Shown here piece by piece: positions 40,598 through 53,938 of a DNA stretch of 64,000 nt. This DNA is from Ylistrum balloti (lineage: Eukaryota), in NCBI RefSeq assembly GCF_031769215.1, contig NW_026781861.1:744001-808000 (forward strand), in the 5' to 3' direction. The position numbers were made by a program, and so were the translations under genes. Within the stretch, counting starts at the first letter, position 1. Every line of letters starts with the position of its first letter. The notes beneath the pieces were generated by a model. It was not told the origin of the DNA and ran no database searches. It was given only the letters and a program-made list of their open reading frames with translations.

Positions 40598-43500
40598 ATG
40601 GGTGGTTCATTCAGCACAGAAATTCCGGGCGGTGGAACAGAGGGCTACCATGTTCTCAGAGTAAGTGACATGAACGGACTGACTTCTGAAGTGAGAAAAT
40701 GTTGGGAAACATGACATTGTTTGACCGATCTACCTACTACTTCAAGTTGATTGGCGTTGAATACTTTGTTTACCGCATTTGAAGTGAAGAGATTTGAAGA
40801 AATAATAATGTGAAGCATTAGCTAAATCGTGTATTCATACGTGATCTCAATAGCCTAGATAATACCAGTCTATAAGAGATGTGCGTGTAAGCCAAATTCA
40901 CTATGTGTACGAATCTGGCTGAAGTTGTCCCAAGATGTCCACCTGATCCTGACGTTACACGTGTGAGCATTGCGCAGACAAGTGACCGACATCTGTGCCC
41001 TTGTTTCAACGTCAGCGCATAGTTTAAACTATATTATATGCTTAAGTAATTTATGCAAACATATGACAGCCTCGGGAAAGAAGAAACTAATTATGTTGAT
41101 AGTTCTAATGTTCGCTCGGTTTTCTTTAACGATACTCAAAATGTCATAATGATCAGCTGTTTATTTAACTGATATCTTTTTGCCGAATCTATTATATCTT
41201 TTAAAGAAAAAGAAATATTCATAGTTAGTGAAGTTTTGATAACATTTCTTTTACAATATTATATACCACAAGTTCTTTCATTTTCTATAAGAAAGATCTT
41301 GCTTGAAACTTCTTGAATGAATAGTTTAGGTAAATTGACAGAAGTCATAAACTGATGCTAGCCAAAAGATGGCAGCCATTTTCATGTTGAGGCAGATCCT
41401 CTACATTGTTGAAATTTATCACAGCAGAATGGTCAAATCTGTCATCGTAATGTTGAATGGAAATTATGATTATCTTTGTGACATATTTCAAATTACTTTC
41501 CTTTGCTTCAAGTGAGTAAAGACAGTTACAGTACTATAAGTGATATTCTCATTCTAGGGATCAAATTCAATCCTGATATCACAACTAAATGAAATCCTAT
41601 GTCACATGGTACCGTCTCCTAACTTAATTGTATACAGAATGATACATAGATCCCAATCTCTATTTGAAAGAAATGTGCTGACAAGTTAAGATGAGTCTCG
41701 CATAATGATTACTTGTTGACTTTCCACAATGTCTGTTGTTTTAAGGGTCTACTTTAGTGAACAGATACCTGCTCCATCCACAGACTGACATAACAAATTT
41801 CAGTCATGTACACTAGGAATCAATTAAACAAAAAATTGACATATAATCCACGCAGGGAGACATTTTAAGTCTTTTCCTATGCATTGACCTACATCCTGAC
41901 CTGAATCTGTCGACAACGTGACTGGAAAGAAGGCAGCTAGAGCTTCTGTGTCATCAATGGTTTAAACATTTTTGTTGAATTTTATTTATCTTGCGATCAT
42001 TACGTCAATTTTAGGCTCAAATTATTTTAGAATGGGGATAGTATACTTGTTTTTTAATATATACTGGAAATTAGATCGTTCATTTGGTTGTTTTAACACA
42101 CAACTTGTGATAAAACCACAATTCATTGTCTAATCTCCAGTATAGCATAAAAAACAAGCACACTGTTCCCTAAATAGATAATGACAAACAGTAATTGCAC
42201 ACTGTGACATCCTGTAGCAAGATGGACATTCACACATTGCTTATTTCTCTGCACAATCGAGTCCTTTAATGAAATTCTACCACTCTGACGACAGTCATTG
42301 ACTCTGATGACCCTGTAGTCGGCAATACACATATAGATCAAATCTTCGAACAACACTGAAAATCAAGCACATTTTATTGTATTTTCTTGCTCAAGGTATA
42401 CATTTTTAGTCTTCACGGATTCATTTGAGATATTTTTAGATTGTTTAGGCATTATCAGTCAATGACTTCAACAGAAAGTAAACTGATTATAGCTAAAAAA
42501 AAAAAAAGAAGATTTTTCTCAGTATCAGACCAATTTCAGATTTGAGACAGAGTTTTCCCTTTTACTAAATATTATTTCTTTTCATTTTAAGGTGCAAGAG
42601 GGCTCCCCAGGGCACAAAGCAGGATTGGAGGCATTCTTCGATTTTATTGTAGCGATAGGACACACACGGCTGGTAGGTTAATTGTATTGTGACAATATAG
42701 AACTGGTATTTCTGGCAAGTTTCTGTTATTGTATAGGTAGAACACTCATGTCTAGTAGATTTAATTCATAGCTGACATGTAATTTAATTATGCGGAGTGT
42801 TCTGAAATCAATAATTTTCTTACACAATGATAGAACTCCTCCAGGAAGTCATTAAAGTTATAAAGGATCGAGGAGAGGTAATTTGTCAACAACTAGTTGT
42901 AGCATTACCTAGCTAGTATAATAAGAATTTCATGTTATGCAGCTTGCACTTCTTATTATCGGGTAAAATTAGCTCTGCTTTCTATTCATATTTTAATTGA
43001 CATTATAAAACATTAAATAAGACATATAATTTTTACTTCATTTTATATTTTATCGTGAAGATATTAATTCCTAAAATATAATATGATATACTTTAAAGTT
43101 TGTAATCAAAGATATTTTCTCTTACAGAATCAGGATAATGATACTCTTAAAGATCTTCTGAAGGCAAACATAGAGAAACCAGTGAAAATGGCAGTTTATA
43201 GTAGTAAAACACAGTCTGTTCGTGAGGTGACCATTCTACCCAGTCATAACTGGGGTGGTCAAGGACTGCTGGGTGTAAGCATTAGGTGAGAGGTATACTC
43301 AAACTGTTCCTGTATTGGTCACTGTCTGTCTGGTAAAGATAAATCTTCATGTTGTTTTCAGTTCATTTTCTTAAATGAGATTATTAAGTTTCTAAACATA
43401 ATACATGTACTTGTGTAAATCCTAGAAGTCTCGTGATCTGATTTCTGGCAGAGGCATTAACACAGAGAATAATTTTGTTACATTTATATAGGAAACTGAT

Positions 43501-46500
43501 GGTTCACTTTACATCTAACAGACATTTGTCGGGCTACTTGGTTGATGGTCAGCATTTCAGAAATCAATTCCCAAATCTTAAAAAGTTTTCGGAAGTCAAA
43601 AACATATACTGTTGAGAATCTAATGAATGCCATTTTAATGATTCTCTTGGCTTGATATCCCATTCTTCAACTTGAAACATTTTTGACATCTTGATAATCA
43701 ATAACTGTATGAAATGAAGTGCTACCATGTTTAATTGAAAAAGACAATAGAGGGTTTTTTTTCACTGGTGTTTTGTTTGTTTCTGATTTATTGCAAAACA
43801 GCCAATTCATGCCTTATGAGACATTCTCTCAAATTTACAATATCGATGTGAATGATAAAGATTATTATTATAATGGTTATTAATGCCATACCAAGAAACT
43901 AAAGGGCAATTCTACAGAATGTTATTGTAAATGTGCTTATAAGTCAATACAATTTAATCAATTAACTTCATACACAAGTTAAAGTCACTTGATATTCTTA
44001 CCAAATTTTCTTCAGAAAAACCAATATATAGCCAAAAACAACGGCAAGAAATATTCAATATTGACATCAGTGAAGATACTTCAGGGCTCTCGCACCCCAT
44101 TTTGGGACTGGGACCCGTGGCCCTTAGAATTGGTTAAAAATAACGCTGTTTTCCTTAGAACTGGGAAAACTTGGGGGTCTAAATTGGGAAGAAAAGATGC
44201 TATTTTGCATTGGGAATGGGGCCGATATTTGGCAGATCGAGAGCCCTGTACTTTATGTATAGTGGAATAGTTATGGAACACTGATATGGAATTACCTTCT
44301 TATGAGATACTCTATACTGTGTTAATTAAAAAAATGTAGCTCCCACATTTGTTTAAAACTGAAAATATATCGACATCGTAATAAAAAGATATGGGATGTA
44401 AATATACCACTACAAAGGACAAGAAAAGATAAACAGATCCAAAGCAAATAGAATTTTATTAAAACAACTTTTTGATTAAGAGTTAAAAGATTATTGATGA
44501 ATGGGTTGCCATGTATGGTACATGTATGTCAGATATAAAAAGAATGCATCCTTATGGTACATCTTAATAAGGTAGACCTATTAATAAAATCAGTCTAATG
44601 GTTATTGAATATTGTGTTCTAGAGCATCAGTTTAGTTTAGATTTATGTGATTATGAAGAAAAGACTTAAATAAGAAAGAAATATTTAATAAAATTTTAGC
44701 CAAAGCCACTAATCGGACAACAGTGTAGATTAATCCATTATTCCAGATGTTGCAACCATGCCGAATAGAATATTACATTTTGTAAATTTAGACAATTTTT
44801 TTTTAACATAACTTTGAGGAAAGAATTGTTTGAAATTCTGTTCATAACCACATCTTACTTTTTGCAGGTTTTGTTCCTTTGAAGGGGCTAATGAAAATGT
44901 CTGGCATGTGCTGGTAAGTCAAAATATGGAGTATATCTGAATTAAGATATTCAGTTCATTGTTTGGTTTTTCAAATTTGATCAACTCTAACCACATCCAC
45001 AATAAAAATGTTGTATTGTAATATAGTAAATATAATATCAATTACAGAATACATAAGCCTTATGTCAGAGTTAGTTTCCAGTTCCTTATCAACAGTTTCT
45101 GTCTTGTGGTAGAAATCTGCATATCTTTTTCTGTGCTTTATTTTATTATTTACAAGATAAAAGCCAGTCTATGATTTCTTGAACAGAACTTAAATGTATT
45201 GCAAGCAAATACTTCTTCAGATTTAAGTTATTTACAATCCTTTTTGTTAAACTAATGTCCGAAAAGCTGAATTTCAAAATTCAACAATTCTGTGAGGTAA
45301 ACAAGTCAGGCAAGAAGGCAATTTCATCAACCATTTTGTGAAAGTTGTGTCTTAATACTTTTTGAACAGGAGGTAAAACCAAATTCTCCAGCAGACCTGG
45401 CTGGTCTCAAGTCTAACACTGATTACATCATCGGGGCTGACTCTGTGCTGCATGAGGTACAAATATGACTATTCGTTTTCTACTAGAAATAATGTACTTA
45501 ATGCAAGGTCTTTGTAAAAAGAGTTTGTAAAATGTAGAAATGTGTTGTCGCAATAAACAGGTTTTTGGACTTTTTAAATCTAATCTATTTTCCTTTTCTA
45601 ACAATTTGTTGTAACTGTTGGCAAGATTAACTTATGTAGTAAGTAAAATGTTTAATGTATCTAAGGACAGGGTATTTGCTATACTTTTCATGTATTATAC
45701 AAATATCTCAGTTTTAAATTCGTCTTAAATAATGAATATCTAGCACTTTTACATATCAAGCTGTTACAAATAATATCATTTCAATGTTTCCATGAGAAGT
45801 TTTAATGAGATACTCAACTGATGAAATATCTTTTTCAGTCCGAGGATTTGTTTACACTGATAGACTCTCATGAAGGTAAACCACTGCGTTTGTACATCTA
45901 CAACACAGAATCAGACTCGTGTCGGGAGGTCACGATCACACCTAATGGAGCTTGGGGAGGAGATGGAAGGTACATTCATAATCGTTATGTGACTTGTCTA
46001 ATATCAAAATCACAGATAATTGATCAGGTGTATAATATATAGACTGTAAAATATAAAATTCTGTATAAAAACAAAACTGTTTCTCATTCTAGACATAAAT
46101 TACTGAAAAAAATACTTCACCTATACATTGATTTTTGGGACTCAGATATCTGAATCCAGGACTTTTGATTTTCCTATTGGACTCGCTGAAATTTGGAGAA
46201 CCCACTTTTGGAAATGACTCAAAAAATTGTACAAAATTTATTGCTATATCCAGAGAGAGACTTTTGATTTTCCTATGGGACTCGCTGAAATTTGGAGAAC
46301 CCACTTTTGGAAATGACTAAAAAAATTGTACAAAATTTATTGCTATATCCAGAGAGAGAGAGATCACAGAACATTTATTTTCTGAAGCCAAATTACATTA
46401 TGATTGTATTTCTAATCTTTATTAGTACGTTTGGTGAGGATGGAAGGTAAGAATATTTCTATTGGTACAAGGAGAACAATACTTTATTAATTTGTCACAT

Positions 46501-49500
46501 TGTTGCTTGATTATCCCCAACTTTCTAGTACGCAATAAAACTACACTGTCAGATTCTGTTTGATTATTCGGATGTTTATTTAAATTTGAGAAAAAAACTT
46601 AATCCAAACCAAAAATGACGATCAGAGCTTCCAGAACAAAACTAATGGCGAAAGGTTTGGAAAACTTGATTTATCTCTCCTCCCCTGTCTTCTCTGCCAA
46701 CATGTTTTCCTGTCAGGTCCGGTATACAACAAATACTAACAATTATTTTAAACTTCACTTGTTAGTGCTTTCGTAGCATTCACCACAAATGGCTTCCCTC
46801 CCTTCCTCCCCACCCTGTAAGGTGGTGTACATCTTGGTGAGCTTTATAATCTAATGAAAATTTGCTCTAAATCCAAGGCTTTGAATAATAAACATTGTAA
46901 AATGACAGGGGTAACCTACATTGAAATAGGTTGTGTACATGTATCTCTGCTAGCCCCTTGGTGGGGTCACCCCCTAAAAAAATGATAGGTGGACAGATGT
47001 GATCCAAAATCCAAAGATTTAGACAAGGGCATTATATAATAACAGGATGGTTTCGCTTTTTCCCTGCCCTTGATAAATATATGATCTGTAAAATGTAAAG
47101 TTGAAATCATTAGTAGGTGTATGGCAAGTCAGTGTTCTAGTATGCATTTACTTTATGGTTACAATAACATTGCAATCCACTCCTACCAAATTTTTGTTAA
47201 TGACTTGATGTTTCTATATAGTGTAAAGGTCATTCTATTTCCAACTATTCCTGAGATGGAATGCACTAGATTTATAGGGAGAATTGACTGGCTTTGAATA
47301 GTATACTAAATTTATAGGCCATCTAGTATATTTACCAGTATTGTGATTAGTCAAAGATGGCTATCAACTAGAAAAAAAGTTTCCATTTGTAATTGATAAT
47401 TTCCATTTATACAGAGAAGGTTTTGATAGCACAATTTAAAACTTACATTCAGGTATGTGTGCTCACAAATCAAACTGTTTAAGTACACCCTATTTCAAAT
47501 TCACCCTTAAATGTGAAAGATAAACTTCAAATATTGATAATATTTGATTTCAAACTTAGAGTAATCTTTTATTTTCGTATTGTTGAGAAAAAGGTGAAAC
47601 AGACAGAAGATTTTCAAGAAATAATACACAACAGCAGGACCTTACAATTTTGAATATTGTTTAGGAAAATATTCATCTATCATTCATATATAATATAAGA
47701 AAACAAATTGTTTAAGTCTCGGTGAGCTAGTATATATAGAATACCTATTAGAAATGTACATTCTTGTCCTATTAAATTATGATTAGTGTATCTAATTTAT
47801 TGTAAGATATTTGCAGGACTTCTTACTGTCCTGTTGTCACAAGATTAACAGCATGAGGTGAACAGGGGTTCAGGTCACCATATTCACCATGGTGATAGAC
47901 TATAGTCACATTTAGATCGTAAATAATACAAGAAGTCCAGCATGAGGACTTATATGATGCTGTAATTTGTAGGAAGTATAGGTCAGATATTTTGTCTTTT
48001 GATACCATCTCAAAACCCCTATGAAATGTCACCATGATGTACTGTATTGCACTTGTATTTCAGAACAGTTACTTTTTTGTCTTGATTGATGTCCGAGAAA
48101 TAGATTCAATCTGAATTACAATATGTGTCCCGAAATTGAGATGGTCATGTCAGGTTTTCATTTACTGTTGTTCGAAATGAAAACGATAATAATAATGATT
48201 AAAAAAATGTTAGATTTATTTCAACCCAAACCAGCACCATGATGTGGTTGTTTATGCAGGGGAGATAACTGCCTTTGAGAGTTAGGTACAGGAAACAGGA
48301 ATTCAAATGGGTATATATATATATATAGTGTTTATCATCTTGGAGGCTAACAAGGGTCCTATTTCTAACAGACATTATTATATATTCATGGAATTTCATG
48401 TGGTGCTGTGATGTTGATGCATTTTATATACTGAAAATTTCTCAACTATTGGATTTTCCAAACTACATGTAACTGAAGAAGGTCCCTTCATTGATTAACC
48501 AAAATATAGGAGGAAGACTAGTCCTTAGATTAGTTGCATAATTCATCATTATGTGTGTTGCACACATTAAAATATTTATACTTTGCAAATTTGTCCTCAT
48601 GATTTACAACTCTAGAGAATTTCAGATCCTTCAGGTCCTGTGTTGATATCAGTATTCAGTGCTGTCCATGTTAGATACATTGATAACTAGGGCCCATTCT
48701 GACTTTGTCACATCTCGTTCATCTGTACAATCACTCCTTTCATTTGATGTCATGTTTCTCATCCTTGCTATGAATTTCCTGAAACTTCAAAATGAATGTT
48801 GATACAAGTTGAAGAACTTCAATGTGATGTTTGCTAAAGATTTTTGGCTTTTCTGTTTTAGTTGTTTACTGGAATATGTTAACATGATTTTTCATTAATT
48901 TTCTGTTTGATTTGCAGTGTAAACAAGCAAAATGCTGACCATAAGTATTCCTCTGATTTCTGTTTGGGTGTAAAAAGAAAATATTTGATTGTGAACTCTT
49001 ACACCTTTTCAGTCTGGGATGTGGTATTGGATATGGATATTTACACAGGATACCAAAGAGACAGTTCCCTTCAAATGTTTCTCCAGAGAAACTAGCAACC
49101 TCAGTTCAAACACCGCAGAAGTCTCCAGATGGATTTGCAGAGGTAAGCTGAAAGCTAAAATATCATAGATAAAGTAAAATAAATAAAAATGTTACTATGT
49201 ATCAGCACCTGTGAAATCTTGTTTTAAGACTAAATAATGAAGAAGAAATGTCTTGGTTTTTCCTTTGATATGGCTATTTGTTAATTACATCAAGGCATCT
49301 ATTGCTGCTCTGATAAAGTGATATATAAGGCGTTGAATTGTTGAAATCCTGAATTATGACCTAATATGAGTTCATAACTATTAAATGTTAAGTTTTTTCC
49401 CTTAATTCTTTATTCTTGAGTTTATTTTTGGTAACATAAAAATATTTCATGTGTTGCAGGTTTCTCTTGGTAATTCTCCGCAAGGGCTGCCTACCAGTAT

Positions 49501-52108
49501 GGCTCAAATGTCTATAAATACAGGTAAGTTTTTCATCTTGTCATTTCGGAGAAAAGGGAGGGGATCAAACCTTCTGACTTTTAAACATCATGCATGTACT
49601 GTATTTATTGGTATCATTTGCTTGAGATTTCTCTTTGTTTCTATTCATGGTAATTAAAGATTGTACAAAACTAAATGTTCAGCAATCATTTTAGTGTGAA
49701 ACAAATCTAAGTAAGTACATTATATATGCCTGTAGACATGCGTAAAAAATTCAATCCCTGTGAACACATCCAAAATTGCTGAATTCACCGACTAAAGTAT
49801 ATAAACTTAATTTGACATAATCAAATTTTAAAGCATAATCACTTTTTGACACACAGAGGCATTGAATTAAGTGTCATACACCTTAAGCACAAAAGGCACT
49901 AAAATATGATTACTGAAAAAATAGGTATATTTAAAATGTACTATTTATAGATTTGATATCGCAATCAATTCCAATATGGTAACACTGTCTTTGTCTTCCC
50001 TAAATCCCCGCAAAACTAAGGTAAAAACAAAACTGTATGATGATTTTGCAGTAATTTCCATTAATATCTGCCATTTTAATTGGATAAGGTTCCCCGACCA
50101 TACCGGTGATTCCATCTGCTATTAGTGGCGCTGGACATGGACAGCCCCTTCAACCTTCACCAATGCCAAACTTTTCTTCACCTCTCACAGGTGTCAGTTG
50201 TAAGTTTTATGTGTATGTATTGTCTGATGGTGAAAACAACCTGTCAGAGGTTGGGGCTTTACTTCCTTCATGAAGTAGAGTTGGAAATTCTCATAAAAAA
50301 AAAGTGTCTGCGGTTCTTAGAATTGATATATCTATATGAAAAATTCATCACTTCTCATTTCTAAGTCTAGTTACCTACTCCTCATCAAAACTACAAATCT
50401 GCATCATGGAAAACTGCTTCTTAGTAAGATTTCATTCAAAGTTAAAAAAAAATAACCCTTCTCTCTGATGACTGTTGAGGCCTGTAGGCTTCTTGTTTTT
50501 TTTTAGTGAAATCTTTTAGCTTTAACGGAAAGCAATATTTGTATTATAATTATATTAAATTCATCTACTGTAAAATAAAGTTGACATGATTTGACCATCA
50601 TTATTCAAATGTTCCAGTACCGGCAAGCACAATGCCCAACCTACAAGGGATGCCTAGCCTGGCAGGCATGCCCAACTTATCTTCATTACCTCCTTTGACT
50701 ATGCCGATGTCACTGCCGGGGATGCAGCCCGGGGCACTTCCAGCAATGTCATCACTACCTGTCAGCATGACTCCGTCCCTGCCAGGTAAGATTTAAGAAC
50801 ATTATACTGAAAAATTAATCTGGAAATTTTAGTTATTACCATATTTTCTGGGTTATAAACTGCACCAATACATAAGCCACAGAACCAACTTTTCACAATA
50901 TTCTTTTTTCAATTTGATCTACTCTATATATTAGCTTACATTGGAATGTAAGCATCATCCTTTTTTATGATGTGGCAGCCATTGTTTTGATCAAAGTTCA
51001 TTAATATAACAGACAACAGATGGCAATTTTTCAAGATCATCAGTGAAACATTTAATATAAGTTTGCAAACGAGTAGTACAGATAATCCTTTATTTTATTG
51101 ATGTGATTCAAAAACGTAAAATAGCAATGTCATACTCATTTGGCTTGGGAGCCCTCAAAGATTGTCTTTGCACAGTTATATAGTCTGACGTTCAAATGTT
51201 TACTTCGCAAGATCGCCATCAGTATCTGTGCTGTTAAATGTTAGTGGAGGTCTTTGCTTGACAAAATTATGATAGGCCCATATTATTTCTTGTAAGTTAC
51301 ACTAAGTCATTTTTATCACAAACAAGCATGGCAGTTCTAGAATTTGACCCATGACCTATCGATCCCAGGATGTAAACTTCATTGGTTTTTTTTGTTTGTT
51401 TTTCTTTCTGCCAATGTATTTTTTTTTTTTTTTTTTTGCACTTATAAGCTACTCTGGTATGTAAGCTGTACGCCCGACCATCGAAAAAAAAATGTGGCTT
51501 ATAACCAGGAATACAGTAATCTTAACCTAACCTAGTTCAGTACGTTTATCATATATGGTCTCTAAGCTAATGGTTTTTATCTTCAATTGGGCCAGTATAT
51601 TTATCAAAGAGAAGTGAATTTATCTGTTAACTGTTCTACTTTAGTTAGATGATTATTTGATGACTTCATAGATAAAACTTTCCGTTGACACAAGGCAACA
51701 TTTTGCACATGACATCTGTAGATTCCTTTGGTTGGTTGAGGTGAATTCCACATCAGATTGTATAATGAGTATAATGTATTATTTTATCTAGGTATGACAT
51801 CCAGTACATCAGTGCTGCCCCCTGGGATGGGTAGTGCTGCACCTCCAGGTGTTGTAATTCCTCCCATAGCTGGTCTACCAACGTCCATGCCAGCCTCCCT
51901 CCCCAACCTCCCTACAAACTTTACTATCCCCACTCAAGCAGTGGGAGATTTGCCACAGATGCCCCAGAGTGTGGCTGGCACTCTTCCTCTACAGACAGGT
52001 GCTGCGGGTGACCTGAGTACAGCTACAGCAAGCCCCTCTGCGTCAGCAGTGTCATCAGTTGTACCCCCAGTGGCGGAATCATCAGAAACGGTCAATGCTG
52101 CATCCTAG
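40598..52108 (+). CDS. GORASP2: Golgi reassembly-stacking protein (GRASP55/65 family), 11 coding exons, ~448-451 aa
   Basis: Exons: 40598-40660, 42592-42672, 43128-43285, 44868-44913, 45370-45456, 45839-45969, 49013-49142, 49460-49523, 50089-50190 (or -50199), 50618-50785, 51792-52108. All are GT-AG and in phase (1347 nt with the first donor). Sequence: [41 protein letters not shown]..., [47 protein letters not shown], then a Ser/Pro-rich tail. Gly2 is the myristoylation site. This is likely the single invertebrate GRASP, so the GORASP2 versus GORASP1 label is nominal. Confidence 0.96.
44082..44248. mobile_element. 167-bp MITE with 11-bp perfect TIRs and an apparent 5-bp TSD
   Basis: CAGGGCTCTCG (44082-44092) and CGAGAGCCCTG (44238-44248), with TACTT directly on both sides. 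Lies in GORASP intron 3. Confidence 0.8.
46160..46356. repeat. Tandem duplication, 2 x ~99 bp, in GORASP intron 6
   Basis: gacttttgattttcctat...ttgctatatccagagaga starts at 46160 and again at 46259, with only a few differences. Confidence 0.93.
46426..46446 (+). CDS. GORASP2: Candidate 21-nt in-frame alternative micro-exon of GORASP (adds STFGEDG)
   Basis: tgtatttctaatctttattag|TACGTTTGGTGAGGATGGAAG|gtaaga has a CTAAT branch-like motif, a pyrimidine tract, AG and a consensus donor. Phase is 2/2, matching the flanking exons. Confidence 0.6.
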
Positions 52109-53788
52109 TAGTGCTTTTCATCTATATCCTTGCTGATTTTTTTCTCTCTATTTGTTGTTGGAGCATATCTGTTATTAGGGAGTGTGAGAATTGATTTGTG
52201 GAATTTAAGTGAAACAATACCACTCTGCTTTAAGTCGGTCCTTCACATAAAAATAGAATACTTGTTGATGAGTAAATTGTGTGAGAGGCTGAAATCACAA
52301 ATCTGTACTGAAGATGGAGATCCCTAGATTGAGATGAATTGCACAGGACACATTTATTGTCTTGCACATTTTCCAGCATATCATTAAAATATGATATGAT
52401 TGATCACTTCATTGTAAGGTGAGTTTACGACATAAATGAGGGATTCTGAAGTGTTTGAAAATGTAAATTGTATCAGTATGAGATTTCATAAGCATTAAGA
52501 AACTTTAAAAATGGATATATGATTTTGACATATTTTCAGGAAGAAAAGTTTGAGAAAATTTAAAACTCACATTGATATATATAAACACAGGGATGGCTAG
52601 CATAAATAAAGGCAATGTTTAAAGGAGTTAAATAAATAGCCTTGATAAGTTCTTTTGAATTAATCATTAACAAATATCTTAAGGAAGAAAGAATTGACTT
52701 CAAGGTTAGATACTGAAAGTGTGTTACCAGTCTGTACTAATAAAGAGAGTTGAATGTATGTGTCTGGTAGTGAGCTGATATTATTGATAACAAGTCATAA
52801 TATTTTGCGAATATTTGCGGGATAAAGATGTGTTTTCTTAAAATGTTACAATACATAGGTACATATTTATAGGAATTATTACTCTGCGTTATCTGTATTT
52901 TGTGAAGCAGAGATGTTAAATTTTTCAGCTTTATCTAAAATATGTTTGATATTCTATCAAAATGTCCTTTCTTTTGTACAAATGTTATTTTCTAATGTAC
53001 AAACATTAAACATTATCATCATGCAAGTGCAAAAAATTAGGATGAATTTAAGTACATAAGAATGTATAATATATGTTTTGGAGTTAGAGGAATTATTAAA
53101 TGATGTTGGTCTGATATTCAGTGTTGTATAAGACACTTAACTGTGATACATTGAGCAATACATCTCTGATTATAAGAAAGATATTCTAGTTTAGGAGCAA
53201 TTCATTTATCATTTGATATATTCCACAATTTTTTCAAGATAGTTGTGAAATATGGATGTAATTCATTAATGCTTTATTCAATAAAAATAAAAAAACTTAT
53301 GGTAACAGAAAGTAAATGCTAACAAAATACAGATGCTGTAGAGTATGAGAGGGCTTTTGACAATGACCAGTATATATCTTGTATGACTTGAAAGTGTATG
53401 TTAGTATCTGCTGTAAATATTGGGTTAAATACTGATTCGGAAGATCATCTATGAAAAAGGGACATTTTTAAAGAATATAAGGCGGTTCTGTTTGTGATCT
53501 GGGTTTGTGTATATCATGAATTCTACAAGCACAATTTGATATAACTTGTATGGCGTGAAAAGAAATGTCTGTGTGTTTAAGAAGCTGAGAAGAGAAAGTA
53601 TTATTTATGTCAAGAACATTCTGAAATATTTTTCATGCATGACCATATCATTCAAGGATGAACCACTTCTGCTTTCTCCTTCATGATAAGTGTAAACATA
53701 CTCCGTATGTCAATACAATACAAACTTACTCATTGTTGTTGTTAAATCATTGCTGAAATTAACATAATAAGACCACGAGAAATAAGTG

Positions 53789-53938
53789 TGAATTGACTCG
53801 CGATCAGAACTCGGTCTGATTTGACTCACGATCAGAACTTTGTCTGAATTGACTCACGATCAGAACTTGGTCTGAATTGACTCACGATCAGAACTTGGTC
53901 TGAATTGACTCGCGATCAGAACTCGGTCTGAATTGACT
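53789..53938. repeat. 28-bp minisatellite x ~5.4 in the probable GORASP 3' UTR
   Basis: Unit tgaattgactcacgatcagaacttggtc starts at 53789, 53817, 53845, 53873, 53901 and 53929 (partial). Confidence 0.95.

Noticed and set aside
53789-53938. CRISPR-like array (28-bp repeats)
   Set aside because: Units are head-to-tail with no unique spacers, the DNA is eukaryotic, and there are no cas genes.
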